From NCBI GenBank assembly GCA_951406725.2, contig OX597833.1, positions 33,170,001 to 33,234,000 of the forward strand: a stretch of DNA of 64,000 bases, written 5' to 3'. The notes beneath the pieces are model-generated. The model saw nothing but the letters and a program-made list of their open reading frames with translations, was not told the origin of the DNA and searched no databases. Of this stretch, positions 12,725 through 28,174 are shown in pieces (position 1 is the stretch's first letter; every line of letters starts with the position of its first letter). A program made the position numbers and the translations under genes. The stretch is from Octopus vulgaris (lineage: Eukaryota).

Positions 12725-13979
12725 AGTTTTAAGTGTTAACAGCATGGCAGGTCAAAGACCTGCGAAAGTTGGTCTAAAATCATTAAATCAAAACCCAAAT
12801 CACAATCATATGTACCGTTTCAGAAGCGCAGCCTCCTGTAGTAACAGATTTTTGTCGTTTTGGATATGGCTTAGCAAACAAAGACGCTGATTAACATCAG
12901 TAGGGGCACGCAAACTCTATTTTATTTAGAATTTTTCAATCAAAATTATAATTTTCAAAGTTTGCGCTGAAATCATTCTTTTCTTTCGTCACAATGCCTG
13001 GATAATGATAGAAACACTAGTTGAAGAGCTACATTCTTGACATCGCTCTCTATTATAATTTACAGTTGGAGTTCGTTTTCCAGAAAAGAATAAATAATGA
13101 ACGGCAAGTAGCAAGAGTACAGATTGTCTCAGATCATGGCCTTTTACGATTATGCTAAATCTGAGTAGACAAAATATACCACTAACCACTCTCTTTTGAA
13201 TCGAACAATAAGGATACAGGGCTTTATTATTTTGGAGAAGATTTACAAAAAATATTTCCTAGATTAATGGTGACTGAAACAGATATAATGTTAGAACAAA
13301 TAAAACTATTGATCTTGTCATAGATAAGGATCAATGACGAAAGCTGAATGGTCAATGTTGAGTATACAATAAATCTTTTTGTTGTTGTGGCTTGAATATG
13401 ACCTGAGCGATGTTTAGATTTCATTTGTAGAATTGTCAAGCATCTGTGTAAATATTCCGTCATTGGAACCATTGAGAGATGAGCTACGTGCCAGGTACAT
13501 AGCTCATCTCAGTGCCGACGATATAATGCCTACCACTGCCTTCGTATTCTATATACACTGATACTGACTCTCTGACATAAATAACTCACTAATTAAATTT
13601 GTATCTTTTGAGGATTCTAATTGAATTTGTATGTTTTCATGCGGGGGAAGTAAAATACAAATCAACAAGTAGATTTTTCATTTCTAATTACCGTGAAGAA
13701 TACAATAATCTCAGGTTTCATGTCTTCATAGGAAAGTGTTCACATTTATTTTTCTGGCCATTCTTATCAACGGCGTTTTCAATCTTTGACTTTAGACGTG
13801 TCCACTCACGCCTTCTTTAATCTATTATATTCACATCTATGCCCCTCTCTCTCTCCCTCTCTCTCTTTCTAATATCCTTTATATACATAGAGATATGTAT
13901 ATACATGCACATATCTACATATATATTTCTATGAGTGAGTGTCATTATCATGGCGATATCATAACAAAAACATGTGTGT

Positions 13980-14095
13980 ATACATACATACATACATACA
14001 TACATACACACATACATACATACATACATACATACATACATACATACATACATACATACATACATACATACATACATACATACATACATACATAC
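13980..14095. repeat. (TACA)n microsatellite
   Basis: Direct reading. Confidence 0.95.
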
Positions 14096-14301
14096 AATAA
14101 AGATAGCGCTGTCAACATCAAGCTTGCAAGCGTAGAGAACCGTCTGAAATTTCTCTTTAACGTTTTCCCCATTTATGCCGACTCCTCCTGTCTAAATTTG
14201 TAACTGGTTTATTCCTCTCATTATAAGAGAAACACTTCTTACTTATCATCGTATCATTATTCAGACCGGAGTTTGAAAATATACCTTATATCACGTGGAA
14301 T

Positions 14302-15620
14302 TTGGTTAATACGATAATGGCTGAAATGAACAACACCATCACCAACGAGAGCAGCACTACTACACCAGTAAACTATTCCCTTCATTTTACTTGGACTCTG
14401 CATCTAAACCAAGATCTACTCCAATACTACGAAAAAGGCCGTGAAAATTCTTCTAACGGACAGATAAAGCGGTTTAAAAAAGTACAGGGATGCAGATCGC
14501 CCCCAACTTAAGCACGTTCACAGTGAATCAGCGTCGGCAATGAGCATCTTTCTTTTTAAAAACAATTGCTTGGTCTTGTGATGTAAACCGATCTCCTCAA
14601 AACACAGAACTGACCAAAACTGGCCAGAAGAGAAATCGAAAATAGTGTAAACAAACTCTTGCCGCCATCATTAAATTCTCGAATCTACCCCAATATAGCT
14701 GAGTCAACTGAGAAAACAGTGGAATGTATTCAACTTAGAAACATCCTAAAACTACAGGTGGTAGAGCACTTTTCTACCTTTTCAAAATTATCGTTAAACG
14801 ACAGGCCATTCTTAACAAGATTATGAAAAAATCCAACAACAATAATATTGAAAGTTGTCGACGATGTCATTGAAGAGCACATGGAATCGAGATGTTAATT
14901 ACTGGAATATTAATACTCTCATATAAACAGCTGCTATCACTCTTATTAAAGAATATCTAGTAGAAATCTACAGTATACATGGTAATCAAGGTACTGAACG
15001 GAAGCAACATGAAAACAAAACTTACAAAAATCATCAACAATCTGCGTTGCTATATTGGATGGGTAACCACGATAATAAAATGTAAGAGGAATAATGAGTT
15101 TACACTTCATCATGAGGGAAGGTTAATTACTCTAAAACACGAACTCAAGGTGCTGAGTGAAAAATCTTCGCTACCGCAGGCGAATTTTTTAACACTCCTG
15201 TATAAACCGCAAATTTACTTCGAACCCGTAGACATTATACAGAGAGATGAGGAAGGAAAATAGTACGGTTAAGAAAGCCCCCTCCCAAGAAGATCTTGAA
15301 TTATTTTGGATGGAAATCTGGAATGCAAAGAGCTATTTCAACCATAAGGCATTGTGGCTAAATGTAGTGAGCGAATACTGTACCAACATCACAGTAAAAC
15401 ATATGCAATAGACCCGGAATCTTTCGCCATAGCTGTAGGCAAACTACATATTGGGAATGCATCCGGAAGGGACTTAATGGTTGGATACTGATGCATGAGA
15501 CCGACATTTTACAGGAGACTACTTATATGTATATTCAAAAGGACTATGGAAGGTCAGATTTACACACCAAATTGGCTTGCTATAGCACAGACGAATCTTG
15601 TAGCCAAGTAAGTAAATGCC
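14302..15620 (+). mobile_element. Highly degraded R4/Dong-like non-LTR retrotransposon, 5' half
   Basis: HFTWTLHLNQDLLQYY resembles the N-terminal motif at 42983-43183; pre-RT-like segment near 15440-15490. Confidence 0.45.
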
Positions 15621-15880
15621 TAAGTGTGAATCTGGATGAGCTTAGATTTTCAAAAAAAGGAAATCAACCAACTAATTCGCACATTACAAATACAGTCTGT
15701 AAGTAGAACAGTAAAGAATATATACAAGACTTTTCTCAAGTTTAAAATGTGACTGTTTTTGTTATCTACATTTCAATGATGAAGTTTTGTATCTTTGTTA
15801 GAGACCAGCTCCTTCTTCACGCGAAGAATTTAAATTTAAAAAAAAAAAACAGAACATACATACACTATAGTGTGTGTGTT

Positions 15881-15912
<32 letters not shown>

Positions 15913-15921
15913 CGTGCGTGT

Positions 15922-15960
<39 letters not shown>

Positions 15961-17954
15961 GTACTTTAGCTCGAAGAATTATTGTGTGTCGCCGTAACAA
16001 TGATCAAAATACGAGATATATTTCACTATTAAACAGAATAACTGAATGAATATGTTGTAGATGTGGTTTCAAACGAGAATGCGCGCGCGTATGTGTGTCT
16101 GTGTGTGTGTCTGTGTCTCTGTGTGTTTGTGTGTATGTGTGTGTGTGTGTGGATACTCACGCCTCACAGATACAAATATCTACTAAATTTTCTTCCCAGG
16201 ATACTTGGGAAGAAAATTCTGCTAATTCTCGTGCAAAGCAGGAGAATCCGAGTAAACTAGTGACGGTCTTGTGTTGACAAATACTAAACACAAAACGTTC
16301 ACAATGTGGAGTAAATTATTTTGCCACGAAAAAGGAAGGAAGCCTAAAGTTTTGGCCAGAACCATTCGTTGGAGAGCGTGAAGGGGTTGAAGGGAAAAAA
16401 AGAGAGATGATGAGAAATTGAGTAAAAGAGAGCGAGAAAGGAAGAGAGAAGGGTAGAAGAGATTCAGAAATAGACAGAACAAGAGTGAGAAAGAGGGAAA
16501 TGGAGAGAAATTAAGACAGAATGGAAAGTAGAGGAAAACTTGATGGAATTCGAACTCAAATACAATGAGCATTTACTCGGTACTCTAACGAATCAGCCAG
16601 TCCACCTAGAGTGTTGCTATATTTATCGAAGTTTGAAGTTTGAAAGGAATAAATACCACAAGGTATTTCGTCTGATACTCTAACGCGTTACTCAACTGAC
16701 TGCCTTCAAACTATATCCTGTTATTTGTTCTAAAAAAGATGAATTACAAACCCCGGCAGGTTGAGTCTCAAACTAGGTACGTACACAACACATACCCAGA
16801 ATTACGATCACCTTTGGACATCGGTGACCTGAAGAGCGAAAACATGTGTATATGTGCTTTGTGCTTGTCTTCTATAAGAAACATTACCGTATCTGCACCT
16901 TGCAAAGAATTTCTAGATCACGCTGAAGTTATCTTCACCTTCCATCTTTTCGAGTTTCAATTAATAAAGTACCACTCCAAGCATAAGAATAAATGGATTG
17001 TTAAAGCTTTGGAAAGGGAATTTTTGTCGTTCCCTTTTTGACCTCTATATTTTGAGGGCGATGTCTGCGACGACACTGACGTCAGTGTGTATTAGTCACT
17101 ACTTCTCTTGAATAAAGTCGATGACGCGGTGAAAGGAGACTTACATGCACTGATGATTATTGGATTTCCATAAAAATAACATTTTTCCTAGGTTTACTCT
17201 TTAGAGAGGAACTTGGCATAGATCCAGGCCCCGGAAGGATTACGGATGCATGGAGTACCGCTAAGAGTCCTACATTTGTTATCAATCAAATAATTCTATT
17301 ATTGATATATGAGGTCCTGATTTTCTCTGTCACTCCTATTCTGCCTTGTATATCTCCACTGACCAGTAACCATCGTAATTATCTCCTTCTTGGTCCCATC
17401 AATGAAAGCTGGATCAACAATGGTTGCTGTAATCATTGCATTGATTGTCACTTTAAGTGGTATAATCGACTACCACACCCCACCGCACGACCAGAATATC
17501 ATCGGCTTTATTTCTTTTTTCATTTCTATGCGTCCACCTCTATTAACATCACAACACTACCAACCACCATCACTAACCTATCACTATCATCCCCACCACC
17601 ACAACCACGAACGCCATACCACCTCTTCCTCTTCATCTTCATTAGTATCTGCTCACTTGCCATTAATACCAACAACAGCAACAACATGAACGATGATACC
17701 GGTGCTAGTACCAATCATCGTTACCTAACACCAACAACAACGATACTACTACCCAACCATCGTTTCTATAACCACCACCAACAAATACAACAAAACAATA
17801 TCATTGATAATAGTAATAGTACCACCACACAACTATTATATCACAGTAATTACCCCCATCACAACAACAACTATAACAATAATAATAGCAATACTATTTT
17901 TTTACTTGTTGAGACTTGTTGAGGAAGGGGCAGTGCCCATGAACTTTGCAGCCT

Positions 17955-19400
17955 CTCCAAGACCAATGAACCTGATGCTATCAGTATTCCGTTAAACTGT
18001 TGACAGATCAGCGCCTGCCAGAAATACATGAACAGGGAGAATATTCCAGAGGGCTGATGTTCTGGTGAGAAAGACCTGGGAATAATGGTTAGTGCAGGAC
18101 TGATGGGGTTGGACGCACCAAGGGAAACGAGTAATGGAGGAAGAAGTGGGTCAGAGGTACGAGACTCACCAGCTTAGTGGAACAGATGTTATTATAGTAG
18201 CGATAAAAAAGATAGAGAGAAAGAGGAAAAGAGAGAAAGAGACAGCATGCCTGTGAGCCTCATGTAATGGAATAGAGAAGATGAAAAGATTGGCCAAAGG
18301 TGTGGCATGGAGTTGGATGCAAAGCTAGCAATAAAGGCTGAAACTTTCTTCAAGGAGTTACTGTTTGCAGAGGAGGAAAAAAGAACTCCAGAAAGTTGAT
18401 GGAGATTCTTTTGTCAAGGAAGCAAAAGAGTCGGCTGGGAGAGATTCTGCAGATGTTGTAAGTCTTGTATTTTATCCGGACAGCTACATTCCAACTACAT
18501 GTACACTACTTGGAAAACTTAGCACATTGAGGTTTTGATGTGTGGAATACATGAAAAAGCATGCCTAAAATAATGGTTTCACCTCTCGTTTATCTATTTC
18601 TTATGAGTCTGGAGTGAACCACGGATACTACCTGAAATAAGTAACTTAAGACTAGAGAAGCTCTGACCATCCGTCTGACTTGAAGTTCCATAGAGTCTGA
18701 AGAGAAGTTGCTGCTGTCTTGCATGTGATTGTGTATTGGACGTTTGCAACGAAGCGAGAGCCGAATGACCCTACAGATGCAGAGATAGATACGGTTTCGT
18801 AGAGATTGGATTTTTGGTTGAAGAAGTTGAGGGTATCTGGTGTGTCTGTGCGTCGGTCTGGAAAGTGAGTAGATGAAAGATGTTGGTATAAAGAGTTTAA
18901 AAGGTCAAAGGATGGATTCAGCTTCTGCACCAGGCAGCATCGGTATGGGATGAGCGTAAGAACTATAAGGTGTTGTAAACGTTAATTTATTGAGGATGAT
19001 GTTTGTGATGTGAGATTTATGTTCTTAATGCAGGAGAAGATATGGTCAAAGTGTTGCAGGTAGTTTGAGGTGTTCGGAGAGCGACTGAGAGAGCAGTATT
19101 TGGGGGAATAAGGGGAAGAAACTGGATGACATTGTTGCTGATATCTAAGCAATGGGAGGAGCTGAGTCTTTGAATGCACAGATACCACCTTTTGAAGAGA
19201 AATGTGAACAGAGAATGCATTCTGGACAGCAGAAATGGATTGTAAAGGAGGCCTGAGAAATTTGACATACATAGAGAACTAAAATGTATAAGATGTGGTG
19301 TGTGAAATCTAGGCTAGAGAGAAAACTTAGGATAGTTGAAAAGAGGGTGAAGGTAGAAATGTCCAAGAGACTTGGATCAATTTTTTGGCATTGAAACGTA
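17955..19400 (-). mobile_element. Degraded CR1/L2/Jockey-group LINE, endonuclease region
   Basis: THFPDRRTDTPDTLNFF...SVGSFG...WNFKSDGWSELL resembles the endonuclease C-terminus (HPTRFPD..LDLF..GSSDH..W.F..ADW). Confidence 0.55.
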
Positions 19401-19994
19401 GAGGGTGATGTGCGAAAGGTTACTGAAATTCTTGTGCCGGAGATCTGGTCCTAAATCCTAAATGTTGACATTACATAACATGTGAGGCAATGTGGGGAAA
19501 AAGTTTCATAACTTCACTATTATGTGTGTGTGTCATTTAATGAATGCTGGAGGTAAATGTGAGCCACGTCAAGCTTCATGCTTGTATAGTACAGTAATCG
19601 GACGAGGTTGTACAACTTATAGGGCACGATCTAGCAATTACTCAAGCTCAAGTAACATAAGTATTCCGTAAAAAAATTACTAGAAAAATCATTAAGAAAT
19701 GTTTTAAAGGAGACAGGGATAATTCCTCTCGTGAAATCTATGTTATGTCCCTTTAACCCGTAAAAAATAAGGATATTGTTAATGCTGAATGTTTGTATCT
19801 GAAAAAACAAATTATGCCTAGTGGGTTCAGTCGAATGGAGGAAAGGCTAAAATAAGTTACACTGTATCTAATTTGGTGGGGTGAGGAACATCTAGTTTTG
19901 ATAGCAGAAGCCTGTCGATATTTATACATTTTAAAAAAATTGCTGCCCTAGAATTTACGTCAGTGCAGTACATGAGTCAAATATAGATTCTTTT

Positions 19995-20958
<964 letters not shown>

Positions 20959-21666
20959 TAGATGTGTATTTATTTTTTTCAGTTGTACAAATCCTGAACT
21001 TTTTGGGACCGTAAAGTTCCGGCCTAGATCTTTCACCGATACTCGAAGATGTGTGGTATACTGCTGTCCGTCAGGTTCCAGATATGGCTTGCTAGCTTTG
21101 TGCCTTTGGAATTTTTTTTTTACATATACTTGTTTGATGGTTGGCATATCTCGTTTTGAAGACACTTTCGCACAATTCAATATATTTTTCCTTTGTTCTC
21201 ATATTTGGCGGAATGGAGACGGCTTCATAGACGACTGAACTTAGCATGCATGCCTGGGCTAGTAGACAAGTATTTTGGTTTCTGTAGTTACTTTCTTGAG
21301 TTGGATCTTGATTGTTTTATGTGAAATGATGTTTTTCATATTAGGGGCGCAGCTGTAGGTAGTTATTACAGAACACCTATTGAAGATTTTATTATAACAA
21401 TGGGTATCAGAGAAATTTATTCATCAGAGCTAGGAATTTTTACCTTACATCAGTTCAGATATTCAAGGGGAAAGCAATAGCGGCAGTGAACCATATGTCT
21501 TTCATAGTTCTACTCTTAGCTTTAGTCCCTCTTTCGATTGGTATGTATGATATCTCTCTGACCCTGTCAATTTATCTCTCTGATCCTGTGTATTTATCTT
21601 CCTATCTACATATACATATGTGTGTGTATGTGTGTGTGCGTGTGTGTGTGTGCATGCGTGTGGGCA

Positions 21667-21734
<68 letters not shown>

Positions 21735-22654
21735 CGTGTGTGTGCAGAAGGATCAAAATTAGAATTAATCAAAGGGCATACTAAGTATGTCTACCTGCTG
21801 GAAATAACAGTCAAAACTCTTATTTAAATCTACAAAATACACCGATGATAACTACAGAAATCAATCGAAAGCAGATCACGTTAATAAAATCTCCCAACGT
21901 ACATTTAAGTATATGTTTTCACTGTTATTTCCAGCTGGTAGACATACTTATTATGCCCTTTGATTAATCCTTCAGCTATTTAATGCTTTTCTTGGGCCTG
22001 CAATCGCCTGTATTATTGCATTTTTTTAGAATAGTCATTCCCGATAATAACAAAATTAATATCTTAGCAAATTAATTTTTCGAGAATTATTTTTTCTCGT
22101 GAATTGTTTGCCCTTGTATCGAGAGCATATACATATGTATGTATCTCTTATTATAAAAGGCAGATTTTATCTGCCTCCCTTTGGGAGTTATACAAATCTA
22201 CAATATAGGATTTCTTCAATTACAATTTACCTAGCATTTTTAAGAGTACAATGCATCGCGTCATGCCAGGTCCAGTTTTTAAAATTTAAACTCCAATTAA
22301 GCAAAATTTACAGAAAACTCACATTCTGGTGTGTGTGTCAAATGCTTTTCTTAGTCTGGTTTACACCACACGCAAACGCACACACACAGTGGGCAACGAA
22401 TAAAATGAAAGTAATTTTACTTACTGTAGTGAGTGATTCTTTCACTCTGCTTCCCAATTCCTCTTTCCACACATAGACACGCAAATATATTAATCTAACG
22501 TGCGTGTGTGTGAGTGTGTGTGAGTGTGTGTGTGTGTGTGTGTGTGCGTGTGTGTGTGTGTGAGGGTGCGTGTGTGTGTGTGTGTGCGTGTGCGTGAGTG
22601 TGTGACAGGAAAGTTTTTTAGACGAATATAAGACCTATATCCAAGTAGCAGAAA

Positions 22655-22921
22655 GATAAGACAGTAAGGTGTGATTTGAGGGAGATTTGGCTGCTATTTC
22701 TACCATGTCTAGCTGCCATGTAGGGGTCTCCCTCATAGGCTCATACATACATATATACATAGATAAGACAGTAAGGTGTGATTTGGGGGAAATTTGGCTG
22801 CTATTTCTACCAGGTCTAGCTACCATGTAGAGGTCCCCCTCATTGGCTCATATATATATACATACATAAGACAGTAAGGTGTGATTTGAGGGAGATTTGG
22901 CTGCTGTTTCTACCAGGTCTG
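22655..22921 (+). repeat. Three imperfect tandem copies of a roughly 105-bp unit
   Basis: ACAGTAAGGTGTGATTTG...TTGGCTGCT.TTTCTACCA at about 22661, 22768 and 22871. Confidence 0.85.
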
Positions 22922-22989
22922 TTAGGCCTTCTCATGTAAACTCAAGCTTTCTCATGCCTTGAACATAAGACCAAAGCAGAGAATGTATT

Positions 22990-23200
22990 CTTTTATTCTT
23001 CTGCTTTTTCCAGCCATTGGTCTGTGGCCATGCTGGGGCAATGCCTTGAAGAATTGTAGTTTAATGAATCAACTCCAGTTTTATTTTCGTAAGCATTGTA
23101 CTTATTCTATCTGTTTCCTTTGTCAAACCACTAGGTGACAGGGATGTAAACAAACCAACATTCGTTGTCAAGCAGTGGTGGAGGACAATCACAAGCACAG
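22990..23200 (-). mobile_element. Partial SINE (3' half of the 20224 family)
   Basis: TGTGGCCATGCTGGGGCA...GTACTTATTCTATC...GTTGTCAAGC. Confidence 0.65.
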
Positions 23201-23279
23201 ACACGCACACACATACACATACATGCATACACATATACACACATACATACATACATATATATATGTGTGTATATATATA

Positions 23280-23538
23280 TTGCAGCGTGGAAGGTGTTTG
23301 TAAGCCATTTAAGAAACACACAAAAACCGTTACATTCACTTCAACATTTAAATTTAATTTGCCAAAATATTTTCGTCGCTTTGAGACCGCCACCTGTTCA
23401 CTGACAAAAATATCGTGCTAACAGGTCGCGGTCTCAAAGCGACGAAAATATTTTGTCAAATTAAATTTAAATGTTGAAGTGAATCTAACGGTTTTTGTGT
23501 GTTTCTTAAATGGCTTATAAACACCTTCAACGCTGCAA
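23280..23538. repeat. Fold-back element, 119-bp arms with a 21-nt spacer, next to (TA)n
   Basis: 23280-23398 is the reverse complement of 23420-23538 with few mismatches. Confidence 0.9.
23358..23408 (-). ncRNA. Minimal type-I hammerhead-like motif, G3-C8 core
   Basis: TTTGTCA GTGAACA G GTGGC-GGTCTCAAA-GCGAC GAAA ATAT T T TGGCAAA; the opposite arm has perfectly pairing GTCGC/GCGAC; palindromic AATATT. Confidence 0.6.
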
Positions 23539-23706
23539 CTGTTTTCGTTCCAGCACACGATCTCAGATCAAGTCACTTGCTATGCAAGTACATCTCTGTA
23601 ACTATATATATATTTATATATATATATATATATATATGTATATTGGTAAAAACAGTAAGATAACAAAAGAAAGAAAGAGACCTCAATATTATGTAAATAG
23701 AGGAAA

Positions 23707-24101
23707 TCTTTATATATAAAAGTGAGGTTGTGTGTCTGTCTCCTACGATTTAGATTCCTAACTACTCCCACATTTTGCGGTGCAGTTTAACCAAAACCGG
23801 GTATCTTATAGTCGTGATTCATATCGAGACCGTCTGGGTATTAGCGCGCGTCTACGATGAGTCTACGATTTAAAAAAAAATTTACCATCAATTTTTCCCA
23901 TTTTTAATCCATTTTTGACATATATAAGGGAAGTAACTCTCTAAAATTTATTATTAAATCTCAGAACGTAAAAAGCTACAGTAACACCCCTCCCCCTTTG
24001 TGGTTAGCCATATTGAGATGGCTATTATACTTTACATCTCTAAAAATGCTTATATAATTATTTCCCTTACAAACCCGAGCAACGCCGGGCGATACTGCTA
24101 G
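23707..24101 (+). mobile_element. Non-autonomous Helitron
   Basis: 5' TC (TCTTTATATATAAAAG), subterminal hairpin CCCGAGCAACGCCGGG, 3' CTAG, inserted between A and T with no TSD. Confidence 0.85.
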
Positions 24102-24627
24102 TACATATATATTTGTATAATTTTACCTAAAAATGTTATTTTAACTTACCGATCTACTTGGTAAAATTATTAATTAATTGATTAATTAATTAATTAATTA
24201 ATCTTATCCCTTTATTATTAATATTAAAATTATAATTTACTCCCTGATCGAAAACTGCAGTTTCTGCGGGATTGCTCGTAACATACACGTGGCTACAAGG
24301 GATAAATATGTATTCACATTAGGCAGTGTAAATTCTGGAAGTATTGGTTGGATATCTGTTGCGTGATGGCGTTTGATCGTGTACATATTTAACCCTAGCA
24401 ATTTCAAATTTTATATTTAAAACGCGTATGTGGCTATTCAGAGTCGTGTGGATTCATTATTTTTCTTTTTGCCTACGTAAAAAGTGTGTTACTGTCTGGG
24501 AGATTCTTACAGTAGCAGAAAAGGATTTTTTATCTCTTATTTCTAAATTCGGTATGTGGTGAAGCAATTAGCTGATCCCTAATTATAATTAAGTTTATAA
24601 TTATAGAATATTTGCATTCTTACATAT

Positions 24628-24628
<1 letters not shown>

Positions 24629-24703
<75 letters not shown>

Positions 24704-24780
24704 CAGACACACACACACACACATACACACACACAGATAGAGAGAGTGAGTGAGTGAGTGAGTGAGTGAGTGAGTGAGTG
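24629..24780. repeat. Compound (GATA)n/(CA)n/(GAGT)n microsatellite
   Basis: Direct reading. Confidence 0.95.
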
Positions 24781-26250
24781 GTATAAATCGTAATTAAAAT
24801 GACCCTTTAGAAATTCAGTAACTATAAACGCTGATTGTCATTATTTGATATGTTGGAAGGCATCTGCTTAAACGGTTTTATGGTGGTTAATGTATAAATT
24901 TATTAAATATGATGATGTGGTTTTATGGGGAAATAAACTTCTATATATATCTTTATTTGTATTTAGTCAAATTTATCTAGCAGAGTAATATTTAAAGGGT
25001 AAGCCATTCTAATGCTATTATGTTATTTAAAGAATACGTCTTGTCATTTCAGGATTACGCTTGGTGAAATGCCAATATAATATTATACAAATAAGAATGT
25101 GCGTAAGGAAACATTTTTCTTTTCAATAACAGCATAATGAGAAAAAAAAAACATTTTGTGGAAGCTAGAAATTGCACATGTAGTAGGCTTATAAATACTA
25201 AATGTAATTCAAAATAAATCCGTCTATTAATGGCGGAATTTATAGAGATGACGGCATATAAATCTCCATACGAAACAACAAACAAAAGAAATGTAAGCAA
25301 GCTATTCAGGAAATTGAACCCAGAAATTACAGTATGTAACGATTTTAAAATAGATCATTATTTAGAGTAACATGTAGCGTCATATTATTTCATCTTCTTC
25401 GCCCACTTATTCTAGAGAAGGTCGCAGGAGAAGAGTTTTCAAGCACGTCTTCCATCGGATCCTGCCAGAAGTTACCATTTCCAATTGATTTGGCAGGATC
25501 CTGAAGGGAGACTAACCGAACTAATGGGTGTTATCCAACCGTCTTGCTCGTGCTCTATCCCTGGAACTCCCTTAAAACCTGTCCAGTAATTAACGTTACC
25601 TAACATATAAGCTTACTAACAAATTCTGACCTATCAAGTTAATATTATGTATAAAACTCAATCGTAACAACCCATCATGCGTTCTTAGAACTTTCACCGT
25701 CACTTTACTAAATGATAAAGCCTCATTCACAGAGTACCAAATTTATAAAATAATTCAGCCACATTTAGCAGTTTTAATGAAACCACCAAATAACAAAGCT
25801 ATACACAGTTTAATAAAAAGAAATCTTAAAATAATGGCCACGTGGGTTAATCAACCACGTTCAGTCAATGTTAGTACAATGTTAGTACAATGTTAGTACA
25901 AAGAATCTATTACACTTTTCAATACAACTTTACTAAAAGTTGGCTGTGCTACACTGATGAACTTCGCTAATGCCCTATCATCTATTATTAACAAAAAAAT
26001 ATTAATAATTTAAATTACACGAACTAAATAACAACACTACCCCCAAAATGTAATAATAATTAATACGTCTGGTCACTGGCAATAGACGCTAGGTGTTGGT
26101 ATTGGTAATTTATTCAAGCACAGTCAAAGTAACGTTAATCAGGGCAACATAGAATACATTGAAGTGCAAATCAATTTTATATCACACATACTTCGCAGAC
26201 ACATCCTCCATCATATTTTCTTTAAAGAAATACATAAAAACAAACATTAA

Positions 26251-26283
<33 letters not shown>

Positions 26284-28174
26284 AAAAATTTGCTGGACTA
26301 AAGAGTCATTTCTGGTCGCATAACACATAGACTAACTCTAACCATCTTCTAGTAATTTTGAACTGTAAATATTCGGCTCCATATTACCTACGCGTTTGTG
26401 TTGTCAGTTTTTAACTACTTTGGTGCCTATGTGTAAATACTCTCTCAGTGCTGGAGAAGAGTCTTACTGGTTGCAGCCTTAGACCAACAAGTCGAAGTCG
26501 TTATTTTCTCATACTAACTTTTATTACCCTTGGCTGTATCTGATGCAGTCAGTCTTTTTGCTGACGTTCATAATTTTATCATTTCGCTGTTGTTGTCGTT
26601 CTTCAGTATCATTATATTTCGTTTTGATATTTCTGTTGCTATCACTGCTGTTGCTATTCTCTTATCACTTTCACTACAACTCTTAGTCGTTAATAAAGAA
26701 AAGAATATTGCTGTTATTACTAGGATTGCTTCTGCTGTTGCTACTGCTTCTGCTGCTACAACTACCTCTACTGTTGTTGTTGTTGTTGTTATTCTTGTTG
26801 CTTTGCTTTATCATTGTTATCTCCATGACACTGTTGCTCCTATTGTTGTTATGGTACTACTGCTGTTGCTGCTGCCGTTGTCCTCATCGTCTGTTGAACC
26901 GCCCGAAATCCAAAGTATAAAACATTATACAAACGACAAACAAAGTAGCAACCTCCATTACAGAAGGTTTTCTTCGTCATTAGCTTGGGTTCTTTTTTCT
27001 TTTTCACTTTCAATTGATGTAATTATTTTGTTTATCTGTATGTTGTTATTGTTGTTATTTTCTTTTGTATGCGATTTGAATTTGTTTGAAGAAAATATTT
27101 ACGTCTGTATATGTTGATTTCATTTTTTTTTGTTACTATTTTAACATTTATATATCACCTGGTCGATATCATTTTAGATATGTAGTATGTATTCTAGATA
27201 AAGTAAGAAATCAACTTTGGTGTCGTTCTTGTTCTTGTTTTTGTTATCTAGCAATTACTTGGCCGACCTTCATCAAATGCATTCTGAGACCATCCGGTCT
27301 TTATTTTTTTTTTTCAGATATAGTGTATCTAAGATTATAATACCAGTGAGTCTTTCGTATGGAAGGGAACGATTTAGTTGCTATTCCCAACATAGTAGAG
27401 TTTACAAGTAACAACGTGTATCTCTTGTTGACATGCAACTGTTAATGTCATTAGGCAGAATCATCAGAGCGTTGGAAAATTGATTTGTCGTATTTGTTCT
27501 GGCTTTTATGTTCTGAGTTCAAATCCCGCTAAAGTCAACTTTGCTTTTAATCCTTTCCCACTCAAAATTGCCGGCTTTGTGTATAAATTACAGACAATTG
27601 TTATTAGTTTCCCTCTAAAGGCATCAGATTGGCGTAGTTGTTTGACTGAGGAAAAATAATTCCTTGCATTATTTTCGTTCTGAGTTCTAGTCCCAAACAG
27701 GTCAACTTTACCTTTCATTCGTATGGAAGTCGATAAAGTTAGAATCAATCAAGTAACTAAGACAGATGTAATCGACTAGATTCCCTCCCTACCAAATTGC
27801 TTCCGCAATCGATAAAGTAAAGTACTCTCGTCGATATACAAGATTATTACTTAGCGCTTTAATGTATTAATTAGAGTTTTACTATATTACTTCGTACTTT
27901 TGAATGTTAGTACGTTACACTATGATCGGATGCTATTGCATATTATTTGATAAGTATTTTAGCAAATTACTCGGCTCTTCACTATATTATTTGGTACTTC
28001 AGTATGTGACGTAATATTTTATTATGTTATTTGACACTTAACTATATAACCTGGTATGATATTTCAATAGAGATGGCGGCATATAAATCTCCATACGAAA
28101 CAACAAACGTTACCTAACATATGGTACGTGAGTACATTACTCAGTTCTTTAATATGTTACTGGGTATCACAATA

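Noticed and set aside
26530-27117. 195-aa hydrophobic ORF (also 17302-17922, 43231-43779 and 47861-48268)
   Set aside because: Degenerate trinucleotide or T-rich sequence, or the antisense of LINE remnants; no domain motifs
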